From positions 68,572,001 through 68,636,000 of the forward strand of contig OZ320318.1 of the NCBI GenBank assembly GCA_976226885.1: a stretch of 64,000 nucleotides of DNA. Direction: 5' to 3'. The first letter of the stretch is position 1, and the number at the start of each line of letters is the position of its first letter. Both the position numbers and the translations under genes were made by a program. The DNA is from Iphione sp. A-MEVVRFRX5 (Eukaryota). This document shows positions 12,954-26,599 of this stretch, one piece after another. The notes under the pieces are model-generated. The model saw only the letters and a program-made list of their open reading frames with translations. It was not told the DNA's origin and did no database searches.

Positions 12954-15902
12954 CTCCCTCGCTTAACTGCAATCATTCAAGCTGTGGTGAGGAACAGCAT
13001 GATAAGCCGTATAAACAACGTCCATTGTCTCCATAGAAATATCTTCCCATAGACGTGTCTGGTTTTCCTCATTCAACAAAACGTTCGACCTTCCTAGGTT
13101 GGCAAAGAAACCAGCCTACCCGCATTATGCTGACGTTGCTGAGAGGGAGATCTACGGTGTTACTGGGTGTGGGCTTTTGGCGGGGACTAAACGATCTATT
13201 AATGCTTTATCCCAAAGCATTACCAAATGGTGACAGGTATTACGTAACGTCAACCTCTGGGACTTGATTGAATAGATCCTACCGCGGAGAATACGTGCAT
13301 AAAGACATAGGTTAGGGCGTTTTTCTAATGCTTAGTGTTGGTCTTGCACGATCTCTCTTTTTATGAGATCGTCCTCTGGCAGATTTTGGAACAAAAGATA
13401 TCCACGATATCCTTCACATTCTTTTCCATCTCCCCTATCCATGATCGTGTAAAACCAAATCTTGAACACGCATGTCTCCGATGTTGAACATATAATTTTA
13501 ATGAAACTAAACCCTGGTTGCTTTAGCACTAGACAGAGAGACCGATTTCCTGTCCCTATTAGATAACGAATATATTACTACCACTTACTACTTACTTACT
13601 AAAGCATCTGGACCATTCCCTGCATATTTGGAAAGCCAGATTTAATGTCAAACCGAATAACAAAGGCCCTCTCTAGTAGTCCATTATTATTACCTGCTGC
13701 GCTGTACCTGTTGGCCAATTTAGCTATACACAGTAGTAATTCTTAGAGCTTCCAATGCCGGAGTATTTACAATAAAAAATACACCAAACCAGTAACGCTT
13801 CTCTTCGTGGACATAGCTAAATACATGTATATGGTACGACTTATAATTCTTTGGATAACACTCATTTTAAATACATCCGTAGATGGTGGATTGTATGGTT
13901 GCATATTACTTGATCGCCACTACGCTTTATTGAATAAGGTTGTCCCCTGAGAACTTAGTTTATTTCAGTATATATTCATTTCATATTCTGAGTTTTTACA
14001 TTTGTTCATAGTGTGTTGTCAACCCTGCTTCCACAACAAGGGGTGGTAGACATTTGCATGGTTTCTTGTATGACATAATGGATTTTATACAGACAATTAT
14101 GTATATTCGCACACGCACCTTGTACTTTGCACACGATACAATGTGAAAACCCTTCATTAATCCAGATGTTGATATGAATCCAGGTCAGAAGTCGGAATGT
14201 ATACCTACCTACAATCCAAATTTTGTAAGGGAGAATGTGCATAGCCTCAGAATATTAGATCAGAGTTTCAAATGCTTCATTGGTTTCCTCTCTTGGTGAC
14301 TTGGCTTTTATATTCAGCTTAGAATGAGATAGGCAAGAGGATGTGGTGACAAGGGAGGGAGGGAAAGTAATGAAGGTTGCTACAATGGCTAGCCATGCAC
14401 AGCCATTAATGGTCTATTATCATGTCTGATCACTGAACACAGCAAGCCGAACGTACACAGGGGAATTAATTATCTCAGGATTCTATTTGGAAGCCTGCGG
14501 TGGGCAGCCCCTCCGAACTCTACTCCATCAATCAGCTGGTGTCAGATGAATATAAGTGTCGCCAATAATGGCCAGGGCATATCGTTATCATATTATTACT
14601 GTAGAGTTTATGACAGGCCCTGCCTTCAGACAATGGATATTCCGACTAAGAAAAATGTCAGAGAACTCGGTTCCCTCCAGGGATAAGCCCTTCTTATCCC
14701 CTGAACATAACGTGCTGACTTTCAATTGCCGTGAAACATGCAATGGTAGGGATAATTGAGAATTCTTGAAATGTACTCACACTCAATTAAAATATATTTT
14801 CATCTAGCAAAGTAAATTACCAATTTAACAATATACATAAAATGTATTTAGAGTCACTTTTTAGCGTTTGCCGCGAGAGTGCGCACCTGGAAGCGTGTCT
14901 ATCTCTTTGAGACTAATAAAGTAACCTTTGAAGCTGCAACTTTATAGACATGCGCAATCATGTACATTGGACATGTATCACCCGCTGCGCTAGATACCTA
15001 ATCTAGTTTCTATAATTATGTCTTTCTTGCTTTGGACAAATACTGTTATCGTTTTTTTTCTAATCAAAGGCATAATGTTCCTGCAAAGCATTTTTATGTT
15101 TATGACTTTGTAGACACCGATATTTATATGAAATATCGGTAAAACATATTTTTATAATTGTTTTCCTGCAATTGCGGAGGATTCAGAATTAAAAGTTAAA
15201 ACACGATTTATCAAGCAATATTTAATTTCCGCTGTATGCATAGGACATTGTAATAAGATTGGAATGGTAAAACAGAGGAAACCGAGAACATATACACTGA
15301 ATGCCTTTCATGAATTCTGGATGGCACAATCCCTGGAACAAAGCACGTTGGCCATGCTATAAACCAAAATTGGCCTTGGCAACTCATGCTTTCACTTCCA
15401 ATTCAAAATGTTGGCTGGAAATAGATCCAAGTATGAAGGAGTTCTTTACGTTTTTATACTCTTTTGTCAGTCTTAGAGCATGAGAGAAACAACAATGCAA
15501 ATTGTAACAGCTTTCGTCAGTTTGGTGTAGGGATGTACATAGATAAGAATCTGTTCATATATACAAATATCGAGATAACGACACACAAGAACACTTATCA
15601 TCTCAAACTGTATCACCGGGGTATCAAGCGTCTTACCGTTTTATTATACTCGATTTTCCTTCTTAAGTTAATAATAGGGTTAGGTTAGGGATCTTTGTAT
15701 TTCTATCTCGGGACATACGGGTATAGTTTGAAATAATTGTCCGATGGCCATGATATTTACCAATTGGATTTCAGAACGGTGTCTTTTTTTAAAAAAATCG
15801 GCTTCATAAGTTTCAAATCTTTTCTCATTAACTATGAAATTCATTACACAAACTGCCCTGAGACACTCTATCTCTTCTAACTACTGTTCATGTTCTTTAC
15901 AG

Positions 15903-15986
15903 ATATACAAGGCCGGGACGGAGGCAAGATTGGCTGTTTGCTACTTCCAAACGATGACGAAGCGTCTGAAGAATTAAAAGTTTATG
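15903..15986 (+). CDS. IgSF gene exon: end of a V-type Ig domain (xIQGRDGGKIGCLLLPNDDEASEELKVY)
   Basis: Pyrimidine tract and AG acceptor, GTAGGT donor, phase 1-1. It has a D-x-G-x-x-x-C F-strand motif and splices in frame to 32606 to give KVY-VPP. Confidence 0.7.
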
Positions 15987-16770
15987 GTAGGTGACTTCAA
16001 GTACGAAAACCTTGAGTCAAAATGGCTCAACAAATCTCTCATCCCATCTAGCTGTTAAAAAATATACTGGAGCCTTCTACTTAGGGTACTGAATGTGGAG
16101 ATGTGAATTGAAGACTTTAACGACTTTTCTAAGGTCTGATGTTTAAAAGAATAATAACGATGTCAAGTATTGTCGTTCGCATACCCGCACCTACTCCATC
16201 ATGCAAGTATTCTCCTATCAAGCCACTCATAGTTGTTGGGAGCTAATTGAACTTGGCCCCCTCTCTCATTGCTCCTGTGCTCCATCCAGGCTAGCGTTCA
16301 ACAATAAATGTCCAGCTGGAAATTGATTGCAGGAAGGTGAAATGGATGGAGATCTGAGGTGTGCAAGAGAAGCATGCCTGTGGCGTTATTCTCTGCACTA
16401 AAGCCTTCTCTTAGATCTTCTCCTCACACGATGGCTGTGGCCAATTAACCGAATTTTGCGAACTACATATGAAGCGCCAACAATCTCTCAAGCTGAACTC
16501 GGCTTAGATTTTAATTTGTTTTCGTGCATTAATGAGCTCGCGCTTGAAAAACTGTCAGTTTCTCCGGGGTGTGGTAACGTCCTCTGTCTTCGGAGACTGC
16601 AAACCCCTCTGCATGCGCAAATATATAAGACATACGCTAAGAAGGTTCATATGTCTTTTTAAACGAGAAAGCCATATCATTATATTTACAAAGCCAAAAA
16701 GATTGCCTCTATTCCTCTATGGTCATCCTCATCCAAGTGACCGTCTTGACAACTGGTCTGTGTATTTGTG

Positions 16771-16773
<3 letters not shown>

Positions 16774-16803
<30 letters not shown>
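16774..16803. repeat. (TA)n microsatellite
   Basis: TA run. Confidence 0.97.
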
Positions 16804-16808
<5 letters not shown>

Positions 16809-19559
16809 ACACAAGCAGATGGCTTAGGAGAATTCCGACAAAAATAGAAACAATAGTTTAGGGATCGTTTTCCCTCCTACATTGACCTCCAATACAATTT
16901 GTTACCTCATCCGTTTATAATCTACATGTGTGTGCATGCCTCGCCTCAAAACGTATGGTTAACGTCTCTAAAGGAAACAAATTAAAGCAGACGATATTAC
17001 CTTCATGAGATCGCTACTATATGATATACAGACGTGGACATACTGAACAGAAAATTAACGTATGATTTAGTGTCACATGGACATGTTTTATAAAGATACA
17101 GAAAATACTTATCTTGTATCTTAACATTCGCGAAATTGCAGGATTTTCGTGAATAGAACAGTTTGATATACAAAACTGAAAGGAAGGAAACACGGTGCAA
17201 TTAGAACGAAATTTTGTTAGTATATGAATATATTCCCTTTTAGACATTTCATTTCCACCTTTCTATAAGGAGATCAAAACAACACTTGACATTCACCGGA
17301 GATATTTCTATGCCGATGCTGATGAACACGTCCATACATAGATATGAACGTTCTAGGTTTTTAGAGATGATTTCCGGTTCATGTATTGTACAATCCTACA
17401 CATTCAAATTTAAGTCTTATGAATACAAACCAATTAATGGGCTACCAATTTGTTGAAAATACGTACTGCTTTCTATTGTCAAACCCTTTTTGATACCAAA
17501 AACGATGTGCTATTTCAACATTACTACATATGTATGCCATTTTTTCCATATATATTTATATTAGACAAACCTGTAACCTCGGCCGAATAAAAGCAGTGTG
17601 CACGTAATATGTAAGTTAATGCCTGGCCTAACATTAACCTCTGAAGTGCCACAACATGGCTTAATGTTTTCACGTGGTAGTAGCCGATGCCGTTATGACT
17701 TTGTTGATGTATTCTCATACTCATATCCCTTTTTTTTCTTGAAACTATATGTCTTTTATTCTTAATATAATTGTATCAGTGTACGAATGAAAGGTAAACT
17801 CCTCCTAGTCGTCACTTTCAAACAGACTTCATAGCAGGTTGGTAACATATGTAGTCGCTTAGGAGAGTTCGCACTTTATGTAGGTGCCAAATGTAACTTA
17901 CATAAAAATTCGAATGCTGACTACAGACGATAATATTTCAAACTCCAATGATTATATTTTTGCGGAACTGTTCTATCTGAGAGATTCCTAAACACAGTAC
18001 ATAAAGATATTTGTAGGTTCAGGACTCAATGTACAGCGAATATAGACAATATGTTGTGGCTCGCGTGGCGAAATATTATGCAAAGAGGTGCTTTATCATT
18101 ATCGTACTCAGTGGTCCAGTATTACCCATTGCTAATACCTAGTCCCCGTGGTGGGAGTGGGGAAGGAGGGGCGCTGTCCAACTCTCACGACTAATCACCA
18201 ATACACTACATCACCCGTCTGGAAATGCAATTATTCCAGATGGCCTAAAAACAACTAAGTGAGCCACCAAACATGACATGGCTGTATTCTCTCATACTAT
18301 TCCCCCTACCCCAGCCCTAAATATCCACTTCATTCCTCTCATCTGCTTCATTACTCCTGCTAGTCAATCAGTGCCTTTTTACACTCCCTTTCCTTAATGA
18401 TCTCTCCCAGCTTAGTCGCCATCCACTAGTTGCGTTACTACCCGATCTATTTCCCTTTCCCTCCTGTTGCTATTGATCCCCAGGCACGCTCGCTTCCGCG
18501 CATCGTATTTACCTTCCCGGCTTCCTGTCAATCATACAACGCTAGCAATACTTCTTGTTTTAGCTTTTCCCCGGCCTGAAGTACCCCGTCGCCTGATAAC
18601 TGCTTTTCAATGCACTCCCATCCCTCGTTTTTTTTTTCCATTAGTGTGTACACACACTGGTTTTTAGCCTATCGTTCCTCTTCGCCATCAAAGTAGTCCA
18701 TTTGGTTCCTTTACGTTCGAGTGGGGTGAACATTGGAAGGTACTGGGATGCAAGACATATTACCTCGGACTGGGTTTGTTTCTTTGGACAAAGTTGCTGC
18801 AGGTGGTCAAAACTCAGGTTGCGCCTCAATCACTGCGGATTAAAGGCAATATCTCTAAAATGAAGATGGATAAGATTAGTGCCTTTTATAATCAAAAGTG
18901 TGGTTCCCCGTTACAAATCTTAGACAGTCCTATATATACATGCATGTTAGGCGCAATCCACAATTCTGGAATTGTGCGGTGACAACAAGGAATTCTCAAT
19001 AGGAGCATAGGTAGGAGCCGTCTACACAAGCAGGCAGAGAGTCAGAGGCATTGAGATATGTGTGTTAGACAGTTCTTGATTTACAAATAAACTGGTGGAA
19101 CGTTGTTCAGATTGAGCCCAATCTATAGACAACTTGAGTTTTTTCGTGCAAATTTGTTTGATTTGTGCCAACTTGTGGAAATGTTTAGTTTTTTGGTGCA
19201 AAGATGTTGAATTTGAGCCTAGTTTATGGCAATTGTGAGGCTTTTTTATTCAAATGATATGTTAGACTTTTAATATAATCTACACACACACACACCGTTC
19301 CTTCCAGCTCCCAGCACCTTACCTCCCTGGTATACACTACCTCATGTCCTTCGCATCTCTCATTGCACCTTTCCTTGTGAATTGTCACATATTTTCACAT
19401 TTTGGTCATGCCTGCGGACTCTAAAGCACTATCCCCATGCACATGAATTGTCTATACATGGTGCGTGGTACAGGCCTGCCCGGACCTCCCCACCACCTGA
19501 CATGGGGCTTATCCCCATATATATGTGTCATATGCACTGTCTATATTGGCATGTTTCAT

Positions 19560-19780
19560 TTGAAGTTGCCTAAGATTCCCAATTTTTCGGCCAAATATGC
19601 CTGCGTTTTGCTTTTTTTGGTGACATTTGCCTGAGGTTCCCATTTTCCAGACAAATTTGCCTGAATTTTACATTTTTGGGCTGATTTGCCTCAGTTTCAC
19701 CATTTTCAACTGTTTTTTATCCAAGTTTGCCTGACACTTGCCTTCTTTTCTATTTGCCTGTTTTGGGCCTTATTCCCAGC
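19560..19780. repeat. T-tract minisatellite, about 30-bp unit
   Basis: T(T/A)TGCCT recurs near 19566, 19596, 19626, 19656, 19685. Confidence 0.7.
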
Positions 19781-20364
19781 CTGCAGAAAGTGGCAGGGTC
19801 CGGATGTCCCACTCCTTTCACTGATTGGCCTGCATGTGTCAGGTGGTGGGTATGGGAGGTCCAGGCACATGGTTGCTTGGAGCAACCCCTCCGATGTCCA
19901 TGGCCCACAAGGTGGTGGTTGCAGAAGGTTGGCATGCATAGGGATAGTGCTTAAATTCCTTGATGGCACAGGGCAATTCCAGAATAATGCAAAATCCACT
20001 GCTTGTGCAATTTTGGAATCACGCCAAGTCATAAAAATTCCGAGACCAAAAGCTTTGTACATGTCCTCAATGAGGCAAATATTTTAATGGCACCAGCCAA
20101 ATGAGATGAAATTAGACAATATTCAAGCCTCACTCTAATAGGTCAATTAAGGCAACACTGTATCTCTCAGAAATGTTACAGCTTCATTATCCGAATGAAT
20201 GTATTTAGATCATCTAAATCACAATAATCTAATTGTACACATATCCCCCTGTATTCGATCTATACACACTGTCTTTCATACCTATAAAAACAAGTAAAGA
20301 ATATGTTAGTACTTAAAATGTCTTACTAATTTGCATACCATTTGCATAAGATATAAAAAATAAA

Positions 20365-20540
20365 GTTTTTGTTGAAAGAGGGACTTCAGCGGAAATTTTA
20401 CAGCGTTTTGTTAAAAATTGGCCATATCAGTGGAAAATTTGTCGTTTTTTGTTGAAAGAGGGACATATCAGTGGAAATTTGAGGCTTTTTGTTAAAAGTG
20501 GGCCATATTGGTGGAAAATTCGTGGCTTTTTAGGCAAATG
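20365..20540. repeat. A/T-tract minisatellite, about 40-bp unit
   Basis: GTT(G/A)AAA.. starts at 20371, 20410, 20451, 20491. Confidence 0.75.
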
Positions 20541-21689
20541 ATGGCTGGGTCTTAGTGGACTAGACTACAAGCAATAAGCCCACACTCATCAGGTGGCATG
20601 TCCGGGTAGCACACATACATCGAGATGATTGTATTTGATTGCCTTGTAGCGGTCCTCCCGGTCTCCCGGCAGAGTGGTGGGTCAAGAAGGGATGTGTACA
20701 TGGGGATAATGCTTAAGTGTAAAATGCAAAAATATTGCCTTGGTAGTTTAGAATATCCATCATCTTTTCTTATGGGGATCCCCACTGTAGCATCATTATA
20801 TGAGAAAATAAGGGTATACGATCTGTATTATGTTAGTTATCAAGCCTTTCACGGAGACACTGATAAACACAGTTTTATGCGGTGTAGTTTGTCATATATA
20901 TGAATATATGGCAATAATGAAGAAATTCCTACACCATGGAAATGTACTGGATTCATTTATAGAAAACTCCCGATTTGACCTACCGGATCACTGCACAAGT
21001 AAACCTATAGATGTCTGCTTGTTGATCTAGAAAGGAAGGTAACTATTTTGATTAACCTTTATAGTAATCATCTAACAATGTTCAGTAACAAACATGGTAA
21101 TATATGTATTTTTACTGAAGGCACAAGAACCATCACTCATGATGAAAATCCGAATGAAGTAATACCAACAATGAATGGAGCACTGGAATGAGTTAGTGAA
21201 CGGTTGATAATAGAATAGACTACAATTAAAGGTAAAAAAGACACAATAAATGATACTCTGTAACAAAGGCAAGTAACATTGATGATATACCAAGAGTAAA
21301 TAACAATAACATTAATACTGACGGAGCACATATATATAGATATTTACATGGAGAGATGAGAAATTGACCTTCAAACATCATAGAACTGAAATAAGAAAAA
21401 TGATAAGCAAAGCTGCAAATTGTCTGATGGGGATTTGGATTCTGTATACTGAGAACAAATCCTCCTACCAATAGAGATAATAATCACTCCTGTATCTTAT
21501 AATATGGAGTGCATCCTCTAACGGAAATATCTATAAAAGATATATGTACAATCAATACTCGAAATCCAAAAGATCGCCGTTTCAGGCAGTTTTGTTTGGA
21601 TTTCGGAAAATTTGGACTTTGAATTGTGGCCTAAGGCCACTTTTCCACATCCTGTTCGTAGTCTAAGGTGAATCTCAGACAATTCATCT

Positions 21690-21865
21690 GACAACTGGCA
21701 AATCTGAGGCGAATTTGTCTGAAAATCTACAAAACTCAGCCAAATTCATCCAAAAATCAGCAGAAATGAGCCAAATTCGTCCCAAAAATTGGCATAAATG
21801 AGCCAAATCCATTCAAAAATGGGCAAAAATGAGCCAAATTCATCTGAAAATTGGTCAGATTTCAG
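21690..21865. repeat. A-tract minisatellite, 31-32-bp unit
   Basis: T(C/G)AGCCAAAT starts at 21736, 21767, 21799, 21830. Confidence 0.8.
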
Positions 21866-24800
21866 ATAGAAAGTTTGGTTATATGCGTATTTTAACAGCA
21901 AAAAACAATTGGAACCAGTGAAATATGTTCCCATTTGGGAAATTTTGGTTTTGGAGTGTTCGGTTTTGGAGTATCCTCTGTACATGTATATATGCCAAAA
22001 CAAGCTACTAAAAAGAATGTTGTGTATTGATCAATGAGCACCAGCAAATGAATTCTGAAAGCAATGTGGATTATTGACTGTACATGAAAAGTGATTACCA
22101 CATTTATTGCCAAGGATATATAGAGGAAAGAGGAAACATCTACCGGACATTGAAAAGGTAAATTATCAAGAGTGAGAGACTTCATGAGATTAATTGGAAG
22201 AAATAATGAATGTTAAGTTCCAGACATATCATTATAAAACAACATTACAATCAAAGACATAAAAAAACAAATTATCATTAAAATAGGGAAAATGGGAACA
22301 TTTCTCTGGATAGTACATTAGAAAAATCGTAATTCAAATGTAACATGAGAAAACACATATTTGATACGGGATGGAATATTCTTCCTAAATATCAATATAC
22401 ACCTGCTGAGGATAAAATGAATGGGCCGGTATCTCCAAGTTATTGGAGTAAATCGTGATAGAGCATAGATCTCCAACACATCTTATTGCAATCTGTAAGA
22501 AATTTTGAACCTCATGTGAAATCACAGTTGGCGTCTACAATCGCTGTTTCCCACTTTCACTCACCCGCGCTTATTTTTTTCCTTTTTTTCTTATTATCCT
22601 CGACAAAATGTCACTCATAGATGTTCCGGAATAGAAACAATGGAGAACAGTACAAGGTGTTTACAATCTCGTTTATCTATACTATCACTGGAATTCACCG
22701 AAATAGTTTACAAAATGGCTACAAAATGTCACCGTCCGACAGCTTTGTAGATATGGATCTTTAAGAAAGGTACCCTGGAAATACCGCCTTTTATGGGCAA
22801 AGCTCTTCTTAGGGCTACTTCTCACAGTGGAGATCCGCGCTAAGCTTTACGGCACATTAACTACGTTGCAAGAGGTGATGAAAAAAACCCATCAAAGGGA
22901 TAGTTGCTGAAATATTTAACCGCATAGAACACACATTCGCTAACTGATGGCTTGACCGCCTGGTCCACCCATATCACTTTGGGGAAGGGCAAATGTTTGA
23001 GAGTAATCCACTTGTGCTTAACACGGGGTAGTCGCACTTAAGAAAGTTACATGCAATGGGGCGGAATTCCTCATCAGTAACACAGATACGGTAGAGGGAT
23101 TTTTTTTACCTCGGTTGTCTGTACTTTACTCGTGTTTGCATATTTCATGGTTCGGCTTCAATTACATACCACATTTAGGGTATGATGTCACCAAGGGACC
23201 CGTGAATTCTGCCATTCCTACGATGTCTTTTTGCCTCTCCGGAACTGGTGATCTACTGACAACCAATCAGTGCACAGAGCTGCCTAGGCAAGCACTGTCA
23301 TCGACTTGCACATGGCTTAGCTGACAGACTTGAATATAGAGGGGGAGTTTTCCCATGTCACTTCTAAAAAAACTATAAAAGGAGAAAATGGCATATGTAA
23401 AGCTAAGATATCAAAAATTATTCATGCAAATTTTAAAAGATTTCTGTGAAGAAATTGCAACAGTTCAAATATGGATTTTTTTGTACATAGGATTGACTAC
23501 AAACTCTCATGAAATGTCGAGGTGGGGTGTAATTCGGTCAAATTCATGTTCGCATCCTGTTGTCAATCTATGGGCCCAGTGGTGCAACCACGCCAGGAAC
23601 TCCGGGTTGGATTTGTACTTGAGCCGTGTTTCTTTCCTACACAGATGTCTTGTTGACAAATGTTGACGTACAAATCCATCTTCAATGTTTAAATCTATTG
23701 TTTACCCCAACAGGGTAAAGTATAATCTAATATGATATATAAATATATCATAATCTAAATATATACGAGTGAGGTGCGGAAAGAAAGGGGAAATCATACA
23801 AATATATCTAAGCATTTAACGATGGGTCCGAGGGAAATGTCAGTCATATTAAACATGAAAACCAAAGGGGCAGGACGCAGTCTTACTCCAAGGTTTGCGT
23901 GTTTGCGTGTGACCAACATTTCAAGAAGATACATCATTAAATGCTGTTCTGACAATGATAATAACCTAATTTAAGCCATTTCTGGTCGATTATTTGTCTT
24001 TTTCAACTTTCACATGGCATGTTGTCAAGATAGTGTCATGTTGATAATGGTAGAGCCCATGTCTGACCCAATAAAATCTTAGTCGAGCATGCGCAGTTAA
24101 CACAGTTTTTTACTTCCGGTTTCAAGGGAGCATGATGCACACTTCTACCTTTCTTCAATTAAAATGAAGCATGAGTCGAAATAGCACCAAAACAGCTCAG
24201 TAAGGTGCATTTATGATTTATATTTAAGTAAATGTCATTTTGGTTTCATTGAAAAAGGAATAATCCCTTCAGAGTTCACCAAACAAAATTTGTTTCGACA
24301 TCCCTCTGCCATTTTCTTTTGATGAAATTTGAGCATACAAGTCGATTTGGACATCAGAGTGATCTGTTTCTGTACCTGTCATCTCTGTATATTCAAGAAA
24401 GAACAGGCGTTTCACTGTGTAAAGTGTACATTCACCTTAGTATTGATATAATCTGCATGCACAGTCTGTCATAAAAAGATATAGCACTGACTGCATGGAC
24501 TGCCAGTACAGTATCCTTAACCAACAGTACACCACATTTGCTTGCAGTGCTAAAAGAATTTGGTACTATACTGTGTTTTTAGTAATGTACTGTCATTTAA
24601 TGGATAATGTCTAAGATTGAAGTGGCATTTTATAAGTATGAAGTTAACAATTATAGATCCCTAGAAGTACTTCTTGCAAAGACTATACCTATCCTTCCTC
24701 GCCATACCCCTTTATCTTTTACAGATAATTGGAAAAAAACTCTATCTCGTGATCACAGGATCTAGAGAGCATAGCAAAGAAAGATACTCAACACAATGTA

Positions 24801-25614
24801 ACATACACCCCTCCTTACAAATACCTTTCACTAGCATGTATCCTATAACTTGTACCCTATTAACTTGGTGTGAATTAGTTTGGAGATTAGCTTCATAATA
24901 CTTTGAGGAATAACACTAGAGATATGGAACAGTGAAGAAACAGAGCCAGAGACAGGGATCGGGAAAGAGAACTTCGGACAAACTCAGTAATAGAAAAAAC
25001 AATTGTTAGAATTTTAAGTTTTATTTAATTATTGTAAAATTAATGGAAAGTAAAATACATACACTTGCAATCGATATGCAATCGTATCTCTGCTAGGCAT
25101 AATGTCTGTTTAATGTTTAAGTTGTTACCTATCACCGCCTTAGTTAGTCCATGGCTGTCAGCTGGCATGGCGTATTACTATCCACAGTTGGCACTGTGAA
25201 AACCGCTCGTATGGGTGCGACATTTTCTGTTCTATTATTGTCAGAGATAAAGATGGGCTTAGGGAGAAAGTTGCCCTGAGATATCATTTCGTGTTATTCC
25301 GACATGCTGTGTTAAAGCTTAATGATAGCCCCTTATGGCACATATCTAATGTAGGCCATCGTGCCCATTATGGCCAATTTCTCATTCAGCGACGGACTGT
25401 CTGAGGGCATCCGCAAGGTGCCTATCTTGTGAGATGTGTTGACCATTCCACCAGCTTGTCAGTTAGGATGAGCCTACTATCTTGGTGACATGGGTCTTTT
25501 CATTGTCATCTAGGGAAAGATAAGGTCTGGAATCCTGAGACAGGGTCAGAGGAGTCTTGGGACTAGTATTGAACACATATTTCTACAAAATTCTGCCATT
25601 TATTATCATTTTCC

Positions 25615-25915
25615 CATCATTCACCAGTGTTTATACTTTTCAAGTAAAATTTGCCATTTTTTATACTTTTTGCCAGTCAAATTCACCATTTTCTATACTT
25701 TTTGAGGTGATATTCACCAGTTTTTATATTTTCTCCAGTGACATTCACCAGTTTTTATACTTTTTCCAGTGACATTTACCAGGTTTTATACTTTTTCCAG
25801 TGACATTCACCAGTTTTTATACTGTTTTCCAGTAACATTTACCAGTTTTTATATTTTTTCCAGTGATATTCACCAGTTTTGATACTTTTCCAGTAACATT
25901 TACCAGCTTTTATAC
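25615..25915. repeat. Minisatellite, about 31-bp unit (TTCACCAGTTTTTATACTTTTTCCAGTGACA), about 10 copies
   Basis: T(C/T)ACCA recurs at roughly 31-bp spacing. Confidence 0.9.
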
Positions 25916-26599
25916 ACCATACCACACAGCCATAACGTTTTTGTATAGCATACAATGGCATGACAGGCACTTGTATTATGTAAGAGGTCTCAGACAGCCC
26001 TCGCCCGTTCCTTCTATCTTGGAGATAAGGTTTTGAATGAGAAATACATGAGAGATAGCAGGAACAGCCAAGACCAAGACAGAGGTAATAAGTCTATGAT
26101 AACGAGAAACCGGCCATTAATGTACTGAGAAATTGAATAAGATACATGTATATTTTATCACCAAGAGGAACCTAACGATCAGATCTGTAGAGCAACAACA
26201 CCAAGTGTTGTCTGAGCAAAACTGTGGTGCATATTTCTTGACCTCTAGGAAATTCGAAATTTTCATTTGGAATGATTCCTTTCTCTACTTCACTTCGAGG
26301 GTTGCTCATACTTGACTAGATAGGTCATATTTATCCGCATGCAAGCATTCATTTACGAAGTGGCCCTTTCATAAACTCCGTTTGTTGCACCAAACGAGAT
26401 GCAAACCTTCTCTGAGTAAATATACTGGGTGGATGGCCTGATAATGTAATGTGATTTCCGGTAATAAGTTGTTCACATTAGAGCAGTTTGAAGACAATCA
26501 ACGTGGTCCTTCTTAGACGACTAACAGAGCCGATCATGGCTAGGTTACGTCACCCATTACCCACCTAACCATGGCAATCCCCTAAGAGCCTCCCGACCA

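Noticed and set aside
9087-12976. ORFs with RERERE tracts (9087-9368, 12743-12976, 12790-12972)
   Set aside because: Artefacts of AG/CT microsatellites.
14603-14746. Candidate exon (EFMTGPAF...VLTFNCRETCN) upstream of the V-domain exon
   Set aside because: Splice sites are plausible, but it lacks the C-strand Trp and spacing needed to complete an Ig V domain.
24086-24120. GCATGCGCA and ACTTCCGG (NRF1/ETS-like) motifs as a promoter
   Set aside because: Intronic, AT-rich context; such motifs are common inside non-autonomous DNA transposons.
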